32,000 bases of DNA from Infirmifilum lucidum (GTDB lineage: Archaea > Thermoproteota > Thermoprotei > Thermofilales > Thermofilaceae): positions 875,699 to 907,698 of the forward strand of contig NZ_CP062310.1 of assembly GCF_014876775.1 (NCBI RefSeq). The letters are read 5' to 3'. Position 1 is the stretch's first letter, and each line of letters starts with the position of its first letter. This document shows, piece by piece, positions 7,371 through 15,968 of this stretch. The translations under genes and the position numbers were made by a program. Below the pieces are notes generated by a model. That model had not been told where the DNA came from, ran no database searches, and saw only the letters and a list, made by a program, of their open reading frames with translations.

Positions 7371-7769
7371 TTAGCTCCTGACACGCATTATTTTATAGCG
7401 TCCCATAACTTCCCAGACTTCCACCTCTACGCCCTCTGTGAGCTTGTTTTTTATCTCCTCCTCAGCTGGCATTGGAACCTCAAAAGTATTATAGTCCTCT
7501 AGGCTCATGAGCTGTAGGTAGCCGCCAGACATTGACACTACTTGAGCGTTAAACTTCCTGATCACTGGCACGTCAACCTTGGCATCCGTGGGGACTACAA
7601 TACTTCTCTTTGCTCCGTCGAAGAATCCTATGCCAACAATCCTAGCCTTCGCAGAGCCGTGTTTCCCCGTCTTACTCTTCTCCACCTCAACGACTTTACA
7701 GGGTTCTCCGTCTATGACTATAAATGACCCAACCTTAATATTACCTGCTTCTTCTGGGCGTGTGCTCAT
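7371..7769 (-). CDS. eif5a: Translation initiation factor 5A (aIF5A)
   Basis: The hypusine loop [17 protein letters not shown] is present; 132 aa. Confidence 0.95.
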   Translation of the reverse strand: MSTRPEEAGNIKVGSFIVIDGEPCKVVEVEKSKTGKHGSAKARIVGIGFFDGAKRSIVVPTDAKVDVPVIRKFNAQVVSMSGGYLQLMSLEDYNTFEVPMPAEEEIKNKLTEGVEVEVWEVMGRYKIMRVRS

Positions 7770-7968
7770 ACCTTGTTCAAGAGTTGGATCTGGTTGTACA
7801 TCTTAAAAAGCTTTAGTTTTCATGCCTCTTTCTGGCCCTGCTAAGTCCCTTGCCATGTACGAGCTCCCTCGAGGACAGAGAGTCTATGCTCAGAGCGCTC
7901 TAGGCTAGGGCTTGAGAGAATGGGTAAAGGCATAAAAATATAGGGGGCTATACTGTGGAAAGAAAGAG

Positions 7969-8694
7969 GTGGCTAGAGACATGTTTCCGGCAGCTCCCAT
8001 GGCAGGATATGACAGGGCTATAACGATATTCAGCCCCGAGGGTAGGCTCTATCAAGTCGAGTATGCCTATGAAGCGGTTAAGAGGGGGATGACCGCTTTA
8101 GGCGTGAAAGCTTCTGACGGTGTTGTTCTCGCTGTTGAGAAGAGAAGCGCTTCTCCTCTTGTAGAAGGTACCGAGAAAATAAAGAAAATAGACGATCACG
8201 TAGGCGTGGCTTTTGCAGGGCTTTTCGGTGACGCTCGTGTTCTGATAGACCAGGCTCGCATCTACGCTCAGACTCACCGTCTAATCTACGGGGAGCCCAT
8301 ACCCATCGAGCTCCTCGTAAAGCGTATATGTGACATAAAACAGATGTACACTCAGCACGGTGGCGTGAGGCCGTTTGGCGTGGCTTTCCTCTTTGCGGGT
8401 ATCGATAGGAAGGGATCTCACCTCATACAGACAGATCCCGGAGGAACCTACCTGAGGTGTAAGGCCAGAGCTATTGGTGCCGGGGCCCAGAAAGCTATAG
8501 ACCTCTTCACCAAGGAATATCGCGAGGACATAAAGATCGAGGAGGCAGTCATGCTGGCACTCCGCGGGCTTAGGGAGGCCATGGAAGAGGGGTTCTCGGC
8601 AGAGAACATAGAACTTGCTAAGATAGACATCTATGATAAAACGTTCAAGATATTTACTATGAGTGAAGTCAGGGAACTTATCTCCAAGCTCTAG
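7969..8694 (+). CDS. psmA: Proteasome subunit alpha
   Basis: YDRAITIFSPEGRLYQVEYAYEAVK signature; 241 aa. TATA ataaaaatatagg is upstream. Confidence 0.95.
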   Translation: MARDMFPAAPMAGYDRAITIFSPEGRLYQVEYAYEAVKRGMTALGVKASDGVVLAVEKRSASPLVEGTEKIKKIDDHVGVAFAGLFGDARVLIDQARIYAQTHRLIYGEPIPIELLVKRICDIKQMYTQHGGVRPFGVAFLFAGIDRKGSHLIQTDPGGTYLRCKARAIGAGAQKAIDLFTKEYREDIKIEEAVMLALRGLREAMEEGFSAENIELAKIDIYDKTFKIFTMSEVRELISKL

Positions 8695-8741
8695 TAATAT
8701 AACTTAATATTTAAGGGGATTATTGGTTTCTTTGAAATCTT

Positions 8742-9446
8742 ATGTCGAAGAAGAAGCTTAGCATCGCGAGACTGGAAAAAAGTGGGAAAAAGTTTGAAGT
8801 GTTTGTTGACGCGGAGAAGGCTTGGGCGTTGAAAAATGGTGAGAAAGTAAATATACGGGAAGTCATGGAGGGCGAGTTCATATACTCGGACGCAAAACAA
8901 GGGTTGAAGGCCTCTGAGGTAGATCTCAAGAAGATCTTTGGGACAACGGATCCCTACGTGATAGCTGAGACTATTATCAAGAAAGGGGAGCTTTTACTGA
9001 CCACAGAGCAACGCCGGGAGCTTATCGAAGCTAAGAAGCGCCAGATCATAGAGTTCTTATCCCGTAATACTATTGATCCTAGAACCAACTCCCCTATTCC
9101 TCCAAAGAGAATTGAGCTTGCACTTGAAGAGGCCAAGGTTAGCATTGACCCATTTAAGCCTGTAGAAGTCCAGGTTAACGACATTTTGAAGGCCCTGCGG
9201 ATGATCCTACCCCTGAAGGTGGCGAGAGCTATAGTGGCTGTTCACGTCCCTGCAGTGTATGTCGGGAAGGTTCATGGAGCACTCACTAAAGTGGGGAAAA
9301 TATTGAGAGAGAGTTATGCCTCCGACGGTTCCCTTAGTGTAGAACTCGAGATACCTGCTGGGATGCAGACATCGCTCATGGAGATGGTTGCGAGCCTTAC
9401 GAAGGGACAAGGGGAGGTAAAGCTACTAAGGACAGAGCAGGTGTGA
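8742..9446 (+). CDS. sdo1: Ribosome maturation protein SBDS/Sdo1
   Basis: The N-terminal FYSH domain ([16 protein letters not shown]) plus its position between psmA and rrp4 in the conserved archaeal superoperon. Confidence 0.9.
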   Translation: MSKKKLSIARLEKSGKKFEVFVDAEKAWALKNGEKVNIREVMEGEFIYSDAKQGLKASEVDLKKIFGTTDPYVIAETIIKKGELLLTTEQRRELIEAKKRQIIEFLSRNTIDPRTNSPIPPKRIELALEEAKVSIDPFKPVEVQVNDILKALRMILPLKVARAIVAVHVPAVYVGKVHGALTKVGKILRESYASDGSLSVELEIPAGMQTSLMEMVASLTKGQGEVKLLRTEQV

Positions 9447-9450
9447 ATGT

Positions 9451-10149
9451 ATGAGCTTGTATGTTAAGGATAGGCAAATCGTTTTGCCTGGGGATCCTAT
9501 CGGTGAGCAGGGCAGGTTTAGCATAGAGGGACACGTGTACCGGGTCAATAAGAAATTCTACTCAAAGGTTCTCGGCGTCGTTTACATAGACCAGGAGCGC
9601 AAGGTAATAAGGGTCATCCCTCTTAAAGGCAAGTATATCCCAGTTGAGGGGCACAGGGTAATAGGAAAAGTCACCGAGGTAGGTTTCACCAACTGGGTGG
9701 TCGACATAAACTCTCCATACGAGGCTATCCTCCCCGTGAGTGAGGTCACATCTAAGCCGGTGAGCATATCCAGGAACGAGTTGGCCAAGATCCTGGATGA
9801 AGGAGACTTGATTCTCGCGAAAGTCATCTACTTTGACTATACTAAGGATCCCGTACTAAGTATCAAGGAATCTAAGCTTGGAAAGATACCCAAAGGCTCT
9901 CTAGTCGAGATTAGCCCTCAGAAGGTTGCTAGGATAATCGGGAGGAAAGGATCTATGGTTTCCCTGATAGAGGAAATGCTCGGCGTCAAACTCATAGTGG
10001 GGCAGAACGGCAGGATCGTCGTTGTCGGCGATGATCCATTCAAAGAAGAATTGGCGGTTCTCGCGATCAAGAAGATAGATGCAGAAGCTCACGTGACTGG
10101 GCTCACTGAGAGGATTAAGGAGTTTATTTCTGAGAGGTTGAGAGGATGA
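9451..10149 (+). CDS. rrp4: Exosome complex RNA-binding protein Rrp4 (S1 + KH)
   Basis: N-terminal VLPGDPIG, an S1 domain, a KH motif IIGRKGSMV, and its operon position. Confidence 0.9.
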   Translation: MSLYVKDRQIVLPGDPIGEQGRFSIEGHVYRVNKKFYSKVLGVVYIDQERKVIRVIPLKGKYIPVEGHRVIGKVTEVGFTNWVVDINSPYEAILPVSEVTSKPVSISRNELAKILDEGDLILAKVIYFDYTKDPVLSIKESKLGKIPKGSLVEISPQKVARIIGRKGSMVSLIEEMLGVKLIVGQNGRIVVVGDDPFKEELAVLAIKKIDAEAHVTGLTERIKEFISERLRG

Positions 10150-10892
10150 CCAAAGCTAGAGCACCAGTAAAATTACTCGATGAGAATGGCAGGAGGGTAG
10201 ATGGACGTCTGCCTGACGAGATGCGCCGGTTGAGGATAGAAGCAGGGGTTCTCAGAAACGCTGACGGGTCAGCTTACGTAGAACTAGGCAACAACAAGGT
10301 TATATCTGCAGTTTACGGCCCCCGTGAGGCCACACCCAGGCATGAAGCTCTAAGCGACAGGGCACTTCTGCGCTGTAAGTATACTATGTTGCCCTTCAGT
10401 GTTGCTGACAGGAAGAGCCCACAACCCTCGCGCAGGGAGATAGAACTCTCGAAGGTTATACGCGAGGCTCTAGCACCAGCAATATTCCTCAACGAGTACC
10501 CGAGAACGGCTATTGACGTCTTCATAAACATACTGGAGGCTGACGGGGGCACTAGAACTGCAAGCATTATAGCTGCCTCAGTAGCTCTAGCAGATGCCGG
10601 GATAGCCATGCGTGACCTCGTTGCCGCAATAGCTGTTGGGAAAATTGGTAATGTTCTCGTACTGGATATCAACGGTCTAGAAGACCAGTACGGCGATGGC
10701 GACATGCCTATTGCCATGATGCCGAAGCTCGGGGAAATAACGCTAATACAGGCCGATGGTATATATACCCCACAGGAGATAGAGCAGGCAATATCTATGG
10801 CTTCGAAAGCTATCAGGAGGATTTACGAGGAACAAGTTAGAGCTCTAAGGAGTAAATATGAAGCTGTTAGACAGGAGGTAGATGAAGAATGA
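10146..10892 (+). CDS. rrp41: Exosome complex exonuclease Rrp41 (RNase PH domain)
   Basis: [11 protein letters not shown] and [11 protein letters not shown] motifs. 4-nt overlaps with both rrp4 and rrp42. Confidence 0.9.
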   Translation: MTKARAPVKLLDENGRRVDGRLPDEMRRLRIEAGVLRNADGSAYVELGNNKVISAVYGPREATPRHEALSDRALLRCKYTMLPFSVADRKSPQPSRREIELSKVIREALAPAIFLNEYPRTAIDVFINILEADGGTRTASIIAASVALADAGIAMRDLVAAIAVGKIGNVLVLDINGLEDQYGDGDMPIAMMPKLGEITLIQADGIYTPQEIEQAISMASKAIRRIYEEQVRALRSKYEAVRQEVDEE

Positions 10893-11704
10893 GTGAAATC
10901 GCGTCAAGGCTTAGGACGATCCCCGTGATTAAGCGGGAACTGATCCTCGCCTCTCTTAAGAAGGGAGAGAGGCTCGACGGAAGAAGGCCCGATGAGTTTA
11001 GGCCTATTAGTCTGGAAGTGGGAGTTATCGGCAAAGCCGAGGGATCCGCGATCGTGAGAATAGGCGATACTAAGGTAATAGCTGGCGTTAAACTCGGAAT
11101 TGGCTCACCCTTTGCTGATACACCAGATGAGGGAGTACTGATAGTTAACGCCGAACTCTCGCCGCTGGCCTCGCCCTTCTTCGAGCCAGGGCCTCCAGGC
11201 GAGGAGGACATTGAACTGGCTAGGGTTGTTGACAGAGGTCTAAGAAGCGCAGGTGTCTTAGACCTTTCAAAACTCGTCATAATACCTGGGTCGAAAGTTT
11301 GGTCTGTGTTTATAGACATTTACCCACTAGACTACTCCGGGAATATTCTTGACGCGGCTGGCCTAGCGGCTATGAGTGCTCTTCTCAACGCGAAAGTTCC
11401 TAAAACCAGCGTCGAGAACAGTAAGATAACTATCCTAGACGAGAAGATGCCGTTACCAGTGAAGGGTAAAATTGTGTATGTAACTGTGGCCAAAGTAGGG
11501 GAGTACTTAGTTATAGACCCATCATTCGAGGAGGAGGTAATCAGCGACGCAAGGGTAACCTTCAGTATAACGGAAGATGGGAGGATCTGTGCAATCCAAA
11601 AGAGCGGTGAAGGCTCGTTCAAGCCAAGCGAGCTGTTAAAGGCACGGGACATGGCTTTAGAGGCCTCCAAGGGCCTGCTCCAGATGCTCCCCACTCAGCA
11701 GTGA
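10889..11704 (+). CDS. rrp42: Exosome complex subunit Rrp42 (RNase PH-like, inactive)
   Basis: [13 protein letters not shown]; 271 aa; operon position. Confidence 0.9.
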   Translation: MSEIASRLRTIPVIKRELILASLKKGERLDGRRPDEFRPISLEVGVIGKAEGSAIVRIGDTKVIAGVKLGIGSPFADTPDEGVLIVNAELSPLASPFFEPGPPGEEDIELARVVDRGLRSAGVLDLSKLVIIPGSKVWSVFIDIYPLDYSGNILDAAGLAAMSALLNAKVPKTSVENSKITILDEKMPLPVKGKIVYVTVAKVGEYLVIDPSFEEEVISDARVTFSITEDGRICAIQKSGEGSFKPSELLKARDMALEASKGLLQMLPTQQ

Positions 11705-11800
11705 TAGAAGGATGCCAGCCACGGCCAGGGAGGGCTGTGATGACCACCGGGCACAAAGAATATATTTGGACGTTTCTCTCAAGCAAGGTGGTTGAGAATA

Positions 11801-12079
11801 ATGGGTAGGCGAACAAAAATCGCTGGCAGGGCTGGGAGGTTTGGTGCGCGCTACGGCTCTACACTCAGGAAAAAAGTGGCAACTATAGAGGCTAAAATGA
11901 AGGCTAAGCACAGGTGTCCTCGCTGCCAGACTGTTGGGACGCTTAAGAGGGTTAGTGTGGGCATATGGTCGTGCAAGAAGTGTGGGTACACTTTCGCAGG
12001 TGGCGCGTATGTGCCCAGGACAGAGGCCGGACGAACATTCGCTCCAGAGGAGCTCAAGGCATTAGGCCTGAAGGGCTAG
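11801..12079 (+). CDS. rpl37ae: 50S ribosomal protein L37Ae (L43e)
   Basis: [24 protein letters not shown] plus the zinc ribbon CPRCQ...CKKCG. The ATG at 11801 is preferred over the 3-codon upstream alternative start. Confidence 0.95.
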   Translation: MGRRTKIAGRAGRFGARYGSTLRKKVATIEAKMKAKHRCPRCQTVGTLKRVSVGIWSCKKCGYTFAGGAYVPRTEAGRTFAPEELKALGLKG

Positions 12080-12871
12080 GTAGCTAACGATCTTGGCCAC
12101 CTCTCGTGGAGAAATTTCATACACCCTCTTCTCTGGATCTATTCCCAGATCTGAGAGCAACTCTTTGGCTTGGACGCGACTGACTCCTAGGCCCAGCGAC
12201 AATCCCGTTGAAAATTTCTTCTTTCTGTAGGGAAATACTCTGCGTGTAAACTCCTCAAGTCTTTCGAGAAATTCTTGTGTGAAGGCTCTTGTTGGTGTTA
12301 GCCTGACGACCATTGTGTCTACTTCCGGTCTTGGTATGTATGCACTGCTCGGTATTATGAATAGCTTCTCTACGCTGAAACAGAGCTGGGCTATGACTGA
12401 CAGTCTGCCATATTTCCTCGAGCCGGGCTGGGCTAGTAGCCTATCTCCTACCTCCTTCTGGACGCCGAGAACTGCATACTCCAAGGAACCATCCCTGCAC
12501 AGCAGTGATACTACCTCTGACGAGAGATAGAATGGCGTGTTAGAGACCACGACGTGTCTACTTCGGCTCAGCTCGAGGCACATAGCATCCGACAATAACA
12601 CGTCTACGTTGCTGGCCCACTGACTGCACTCTCTCAGGAGGGAAGCAAGTCCAGGGTCTATTTCACTACAGAAAACATACTCTGCGCGCTCTGCCAGCGG
12701 CATTGTGAGGCTACCCAGCCCGCACCCGATCTCGTATACTACGCGGGGGCTACCTGTTGCCCCGACAAAGAGGTCTATATAATGCCTGTCGACGAGCAGA
12801 TGCTGTCCGAGACGCTTCTGTAGGCGAATACGCCCGGCCCTCTTCAAGCACTCAGACACATCGTGGCCCAA
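12062..12871 (-). CDS. rsmA: 16S rRNA (adenine-N6,N6)-dimethyltransferase KsgA/Dim1
   Basis: LGQHLLVD, the SAM motif [11 protein letters not shown] and the catalytic [12 protein letters not shown] start. The 3' end overlaps rpl37ae convergently by 18 nt. Confidence 0.85.
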   Translation of the reverse strand: MGHDVSECLKRAGRIRLQKRLGQHLLVDRHYIDLFVGATGSPRVVYEIGCGLGSLTMPLAERAEYVFCSEIDPGLASLLRECSQWASNVDVLLSDAMCLELSRSRHVVVSNTPFYLSSEVVSLLCRDGSLEYAVLGVQKEVGDRLLAQPGSRKYGRLSVIAQLCFSVEKLFIIPSSAYIPRPEVDTMVVRLTPTRAFTQEFLERLEEFTRRVFPYRKKKFSTGLSLGLGVSRVQAKELLSDLGIDPEKRVYEISPREVAKIVSYLALQA

Positions 12872-13002
12872 TGTCGGCTCCCCAACTTATAAGTACCCTT
12901 CTTTGGCCCCTATAGCCCTTAATATGCTCTTCGTACTGAGAATATACCGGCTACACAAGCAGGTGACGTGGCGGTAAACTCCATTTACAAAATACGTAAA
13001 AG

Positions 13003-13101
13003 GGCCCGGGCCGAGATTTGAACTCGGGTTCACCGGCTTTTTGCCGGGCTCTACCCCCGTCCACAGGCCGGCGTGTTAGACCAGGCTACACCACCCGGGC
13101 C
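13003..13101 (-). tRNA. tRNA-His (anticodon GUG) with encoded G-1 and a 22-nt intron after position 37
   Basis: On the minus strand, G-1 precedes the acceptor gcccggg/cccgggc with discriminator C73 (the G-1:C73 His identity pair). The D stem is gtgt/acac. The anticodon stem ccggc/gccgg carries the loop cuGUGga, interrupted by acgggggtagagcccggcaaaa. The T arm is ccgag-ttcaaat-ctcgg. A TATA is ~30 nt upstream. Confidence 0.9.
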
Positions 13102-13127
13102 TCCGCCACACATGTTCACGAGAAACG

Positions 13128-13138
13128 TTTATTTAAGA
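13128..13138. promoter_or_regulatory. Shared AT-rich TATA element between divergent tRNA-His and the dephospho-CoA kinase gene
   Basis: tttatttaaga is centred ~32 nt from the tRNA-His 5' end (13101, minus) and ~25 nt from the GTG at 13158 (plus). It is the only AT-rich element in the 56-nt spacer. Confidence 0.45.
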
Positions 13139-13157
13139 TTTTCCCCTAAGGTTTAGC

Positions 13158-13691
13158 GTGCCCCTTGTAATGCGCGAGGTTGCCCGCAGAGAGCTCTCGT
13201 ATGGCTGGGGTTTTCTGATATTCAAGGATCCGCCAGACTCTGTAACCACAGTGTTTGAATTAAGCGAGAGGATGGGGATTGGTAGAAGACCATTCATAAT
13301 TACTGTGGGTGATATTGTCTCGAGGAACTTCAATGTTTACGGCTACACCAACGTAGCTATAATCGACGGCAGAACTCGCCGGGGCTTGAAGCTCGAAGGC
13401 CTTGAATCTGAGGCAGAGTACGCGTGCAGGAACACACCCGGAACTATATCGCCCGAGTGCTATGAGGCTGTAGCACAGGCTATAAAGACAACACCCCCAA
13501 ATGGGAGATCTGTGGTTTTTGTAGAGGGGGAGGAAGACCTCCTGTCACTCGTGGCACTGAGAGAGTGCCTGGCCAACAAGAGCTGGGTCATCTACGGCCA
13601 CTGGAGGGGTTTTCTGTGTGCTATCCCGTGCATACTCCGCTACAGGAAAATAGCTCAAGTACTCCTCGAGACCGGTTTCGAGGAAAAGTGA
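13158..13691 (+). CDS. GTP-dependent dephospho-CoA kinase (DUF359 family)
   Basis: 177 aa with the DUF359 pattern ITVGDIVS, VAIIDGRTRR, VFVEGEEDLLSLVAL and VIYGHWRGF. GTG start; an alternative ATG is at 13170. Confidence 0.7.
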   Translation: MPLVMREVARRELSYGWGFLIFKDPPDSVTTVFELSERMGIGRRPFIITVGDIVSRNFNVYGYTNVAIIDGRTRRGLKLEGLESEAEYACRNTPGTISPECYEAVAQAIKTTPPNGRSVVFVEGEEDLLSLVALRECLANKSWVIYGHWRGFLCAIPCILRYRKIAQVLLETGFEEK

Positions 13692-14432
13692 CTCGAGTAA
13701 GCGAACATTTGCGCGGAGAGACGAGTAGGGCACCTGGAACACTCTAGAGAAGAAGTAGAGGTCTCTGCTCACTCCAAGCTTGCGGAGTATCAAAACGATT
13801 GTTGCTGCTATAACATTCCTCTTGCTCCTACCGCCCACGAGGGGGCGAATCTTGGCTATGATTTTTCTTACGTGTTCCTCAATCATCACGTTAGGGAACA
13901 CCTCCTTGGCTCTAGCGAGGAGCACTTCTAGCTCGTAGTTCCAGTCATCCCTGAGTAGACCTGCCTGCCGCGCAGTAGGAAATATTTTCAACATATCAGC
14001 AAGCCGCAACCTCATTCCGTGCTTGCGGAAGACACTTACGACCCATCGGACGTTGATTCTCGGGTTCCTCCTCCTGGCCTCAAGGTAGACGAGGAACGCC
14101 AAGAGCGCCGTTTTCTTTTTTACACCGTAGCGCCGTACAAGGTGTTTGTACTCCTTGAGAATGCGTTCTCTGGCTTCGCTAAGGCCGAATTCATAAGCGA
14201 CTTTACCGAGCATCTTCCACACGCGATCCTTTTCATGGTCGCCTGTGACGAGCTCGAGTCGCTCGATTCTACGAACATACTCTCCGTCAAGTGGGAGTAC
14301 GCGCTTCTCGCTGGCGGACGAATGGACGGTTTTGGAGTCCACGCTGTACTCAATGACCAGGCCGCATTGGGAGCAGACGTAGTATCCTCGGGGGTCGATA
14401 ACCACTAACCCGCCGCAGGCCTTGCACCTCAC
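13545..14432 (-). CDS. Divergent TFIIB-family protein (TFB paralog): Zn ribbon plus two cyclin-like repeats
   Basis: The N-terminal ribbon is RCKACGGLVVIDPRGYYVCSQCGLVIEY. Two repeats follow with the TFB pattern (KKTALLAFLVYLEARRRNP...; GGRSKRNVIAATIVLILRKLGV...SSLRANVRLLES). The region between ribbon and first repeat is short, with no recognisable B-reader. The last ~48 codons are antisense to the 3' end of the DUF359 gene. Confidence 0.7.
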   Translation of the reverse strand: MRCKACGGLVVIDPRGYYVCSQCGLVIEYSVDSKTVHSSASEKRVLPLDGEYVRRIERLELVTGDHEKDRVWKMLGKVAYEFGLSEARERILKEYKHLVRRYGVKKKTALLAFLVYLEARRRNPRINVRWVVSVFRKHGMRLRLADMLKIFPTARQAGLLRDDWNYELEVLLARAKEVFPNVMIEEHVRKIIAKIRPLVGGRSKRNVIAATIVLILRKLGVSRDLYFFSRVFQVPYSSLRANVRLLESLFLETGLEEYLSYFPVAEYARDSTQKTPPVAVDDPALVGQALSQCHE

Positions 14433-14524
14433 GTGGAGGAACTCGCTTTTTCTAAAAGAAATAACATGAGGGCTTTCTGTCGGAGGGGGGTTAGAAAGTA
14501 ATATAAAAACATTTCGTTCAGAGA

Positions 14525-14758
14525 CTAAACCTCTACGACTGGCATGGTCAGCGTCCTCCTAACACCTGGGAGCATCCGTATCCTAGTGAGTACAACTTCC
14601 CGTACCTCTTTATCGTCTTTACCGACTATCTTTACAATGATGTCGTAGACGCCGTAGAGGAGATTTGCCTCAATTACCCCCGGTACCTTCTTTAATTCCT
14701 CCAGGACAGCTCTCTCCTTACCTATGTCACAGTTAATCAGAACGTATGCTGTTGCCAT
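14525..14758 (-). CDS. Stand-alone Lrp/AsnC ligand-binding (RAM) domain protein
   Basis: 77 aa. AYVLINCDIGKERAVLEELKKVPGVIEANLLYGVYDIIVKI... is the typical AsnC C-terminal beta-alpha-beta-beta-alpha-beta module, without an HTH. Confidence 0.7.
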   Translation of the reverse strand: MATAYVLINCDIGKERAVLEELKKVPGVIEANLLYGVYDIIVKIVGKDDKEVREVVLTRIRMLPGVRRTLTMPVVEV

Positions 14759-15142
14759 TACATTGGGACACTGTTATTTATCTATTTAAAATTTTTCTCG
14801 TGATATCCCTAGCCTCAAACCCTCAGCTCTGTGAAAAATGGCCTGTTGTTCCTGTAATGTCTTACTCGTATTTCCTAAGGACAAGGTGTACCAGTCCTAG
14901 GTTGGGGTGCAAAGCCGCCGAGAGCACGATAAAAGAACTGACAACCGGCGAGATAACGACATGGCACCTGTCTTCAGGCTCATGCTATGGGGAGGCACGG
15001 GGCAGAAGGGCGGTGAGAGCCCTGCTAGCAGGTGGCCAGGGAGGAGGGGGTTCATTAACTTCCATTCTTGGCCTCCGGTAACTGGGTGTTCGTTTTCGAG
15101 AAAAAATTAAATAAGATGGAGATAGGAGAAAGTATTGACATG

Positions 15143-15216
15143 GCGGCCGTGGTCTAGTCTGGAAGGATGGCGGCCTTCCACGCCGCAGAACCCGGGTTCA
15201 AATCCCGGCGGCCGCA
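15143..15216 (+). tRNA. tRNA-Gly (anticodon UCC)
   Basis: Acceptor gcggccg/cggccgc with discriminator A. The anticodon stem gcggc/gccgc carries the loop cuUCCac. The T arm is ccggg-ttcaaat-cccgg. 74 nt, no intron. An AT-rich aaaattaaataag lies ~35 nt upstream and tattttg follows downstream. Confidence 0.95.
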
Positions 15217-15429
15217 TATTTTGCATATTTAAGCTAGACAACTGTTCTTCGAAAAATGGATTTGTTAGTCCTGTGCTAGGTTCTACATTCCCTGGGAGGG
15301 GTGGCTTTGTTCCCATGAAGCTTTCTCGAGTTTCTTTCCTCTTAATACCCTGGAGACGACGGGTATAATTGTGGTTACTGCAGCACCTCTCACAATTACT
15401 AGACGCGCCACAAGCACCGTAAATGAATC

Positions 15430-15957
15430 TTATATTAACTGTGCTATCTTGTAGAGCATACGGACGCGCTCCTCGCCTTTTATCGAATCGACGATTCTCG
15501 CTGTTTGCGCCGGAACTAGGCTCCGCCACTCGGGATTTTGCTGGGCCATGAGCTGTCTTATTCTTGTCCCCGAGTATCTCTCCCTCTCGAAAAACGGAAT
15601 CGGTTCTACATGTATTCCTGCCTCCTCCAGTAGCATCCGGGATAGCTCGTCGTTTGTATATACTACCTCAAACTTTGGGGAAAATGTCCTTATGTTACAG
15701 ACCCATTTTGTGTGCTCTGATATAGTATCCGGTATCATGACAATAAGTGTGTGTCCCAATAGGTTTGTGTCTCTGAGTGTGTCCCGTATCATGAGGGCTC
15801 TCTCTCCAGCTGTAAAGGGGTTTCTGGGTTCATAGCTCACCTGGGCGCTACCGATCCCTATAACTACGTCTTCCTCTCTAGAAAGTATCCACTCTATCGC
15901 CTTGTAGTGTCCCAGGTGGAAGGGCTGGAAACGACCGATGAAAAGTGCTCTACCCAT
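15430..15957 (-). CDS. nadM: Nicotinamide-nucleotide adenylyltransferase (archaeal NMNAT)
   Basis: ALFIGRFQPFHLGHYKAIEWI (HxGH) and SGTRIR near the C-terminus; 175 aa. Confidence 0.9.
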   Translation of the reverse strand: MGRALFIGRFQPFHLGHYKAIEWILSREEDVVIGIGSAQVSYEPRNPFTAGERALMIRDTLRDTNLLGHTLIVMIPDTISEHTKWVCNIRTFSPKFEVVYTNDELSRMLLEEAGIHVEPIPFFERERYSGTRIRQLMAQQNPEWRSLVPAQTARIVDSIKGEERVRMLYKIAQLI

Positions 15958-15968
15958 GTGTTGCTCCC

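Noticed and set aside
14746-15529. ORFs 14746-15081, 14907-15110 (+), 15107-15529 (-) and 15135-15368 (+)
   Set aside because: They overlap one another and/or tRNA-Gly. Their translations are low-complexity with no motifs, and 15107-15529 would also run antisense through the tRNA and into nadM.
6742-15957. PPAT (coaD), DUF359 dephospho-CoA kinase and NMNAT as a cofactor-biosynthesis cluster
   Set aside because: The three genes are 6-8 kb apart, on different strands, and separated by unrelated operons. This looks like coincidence in a gene-dense core region rather than a functional cluster.
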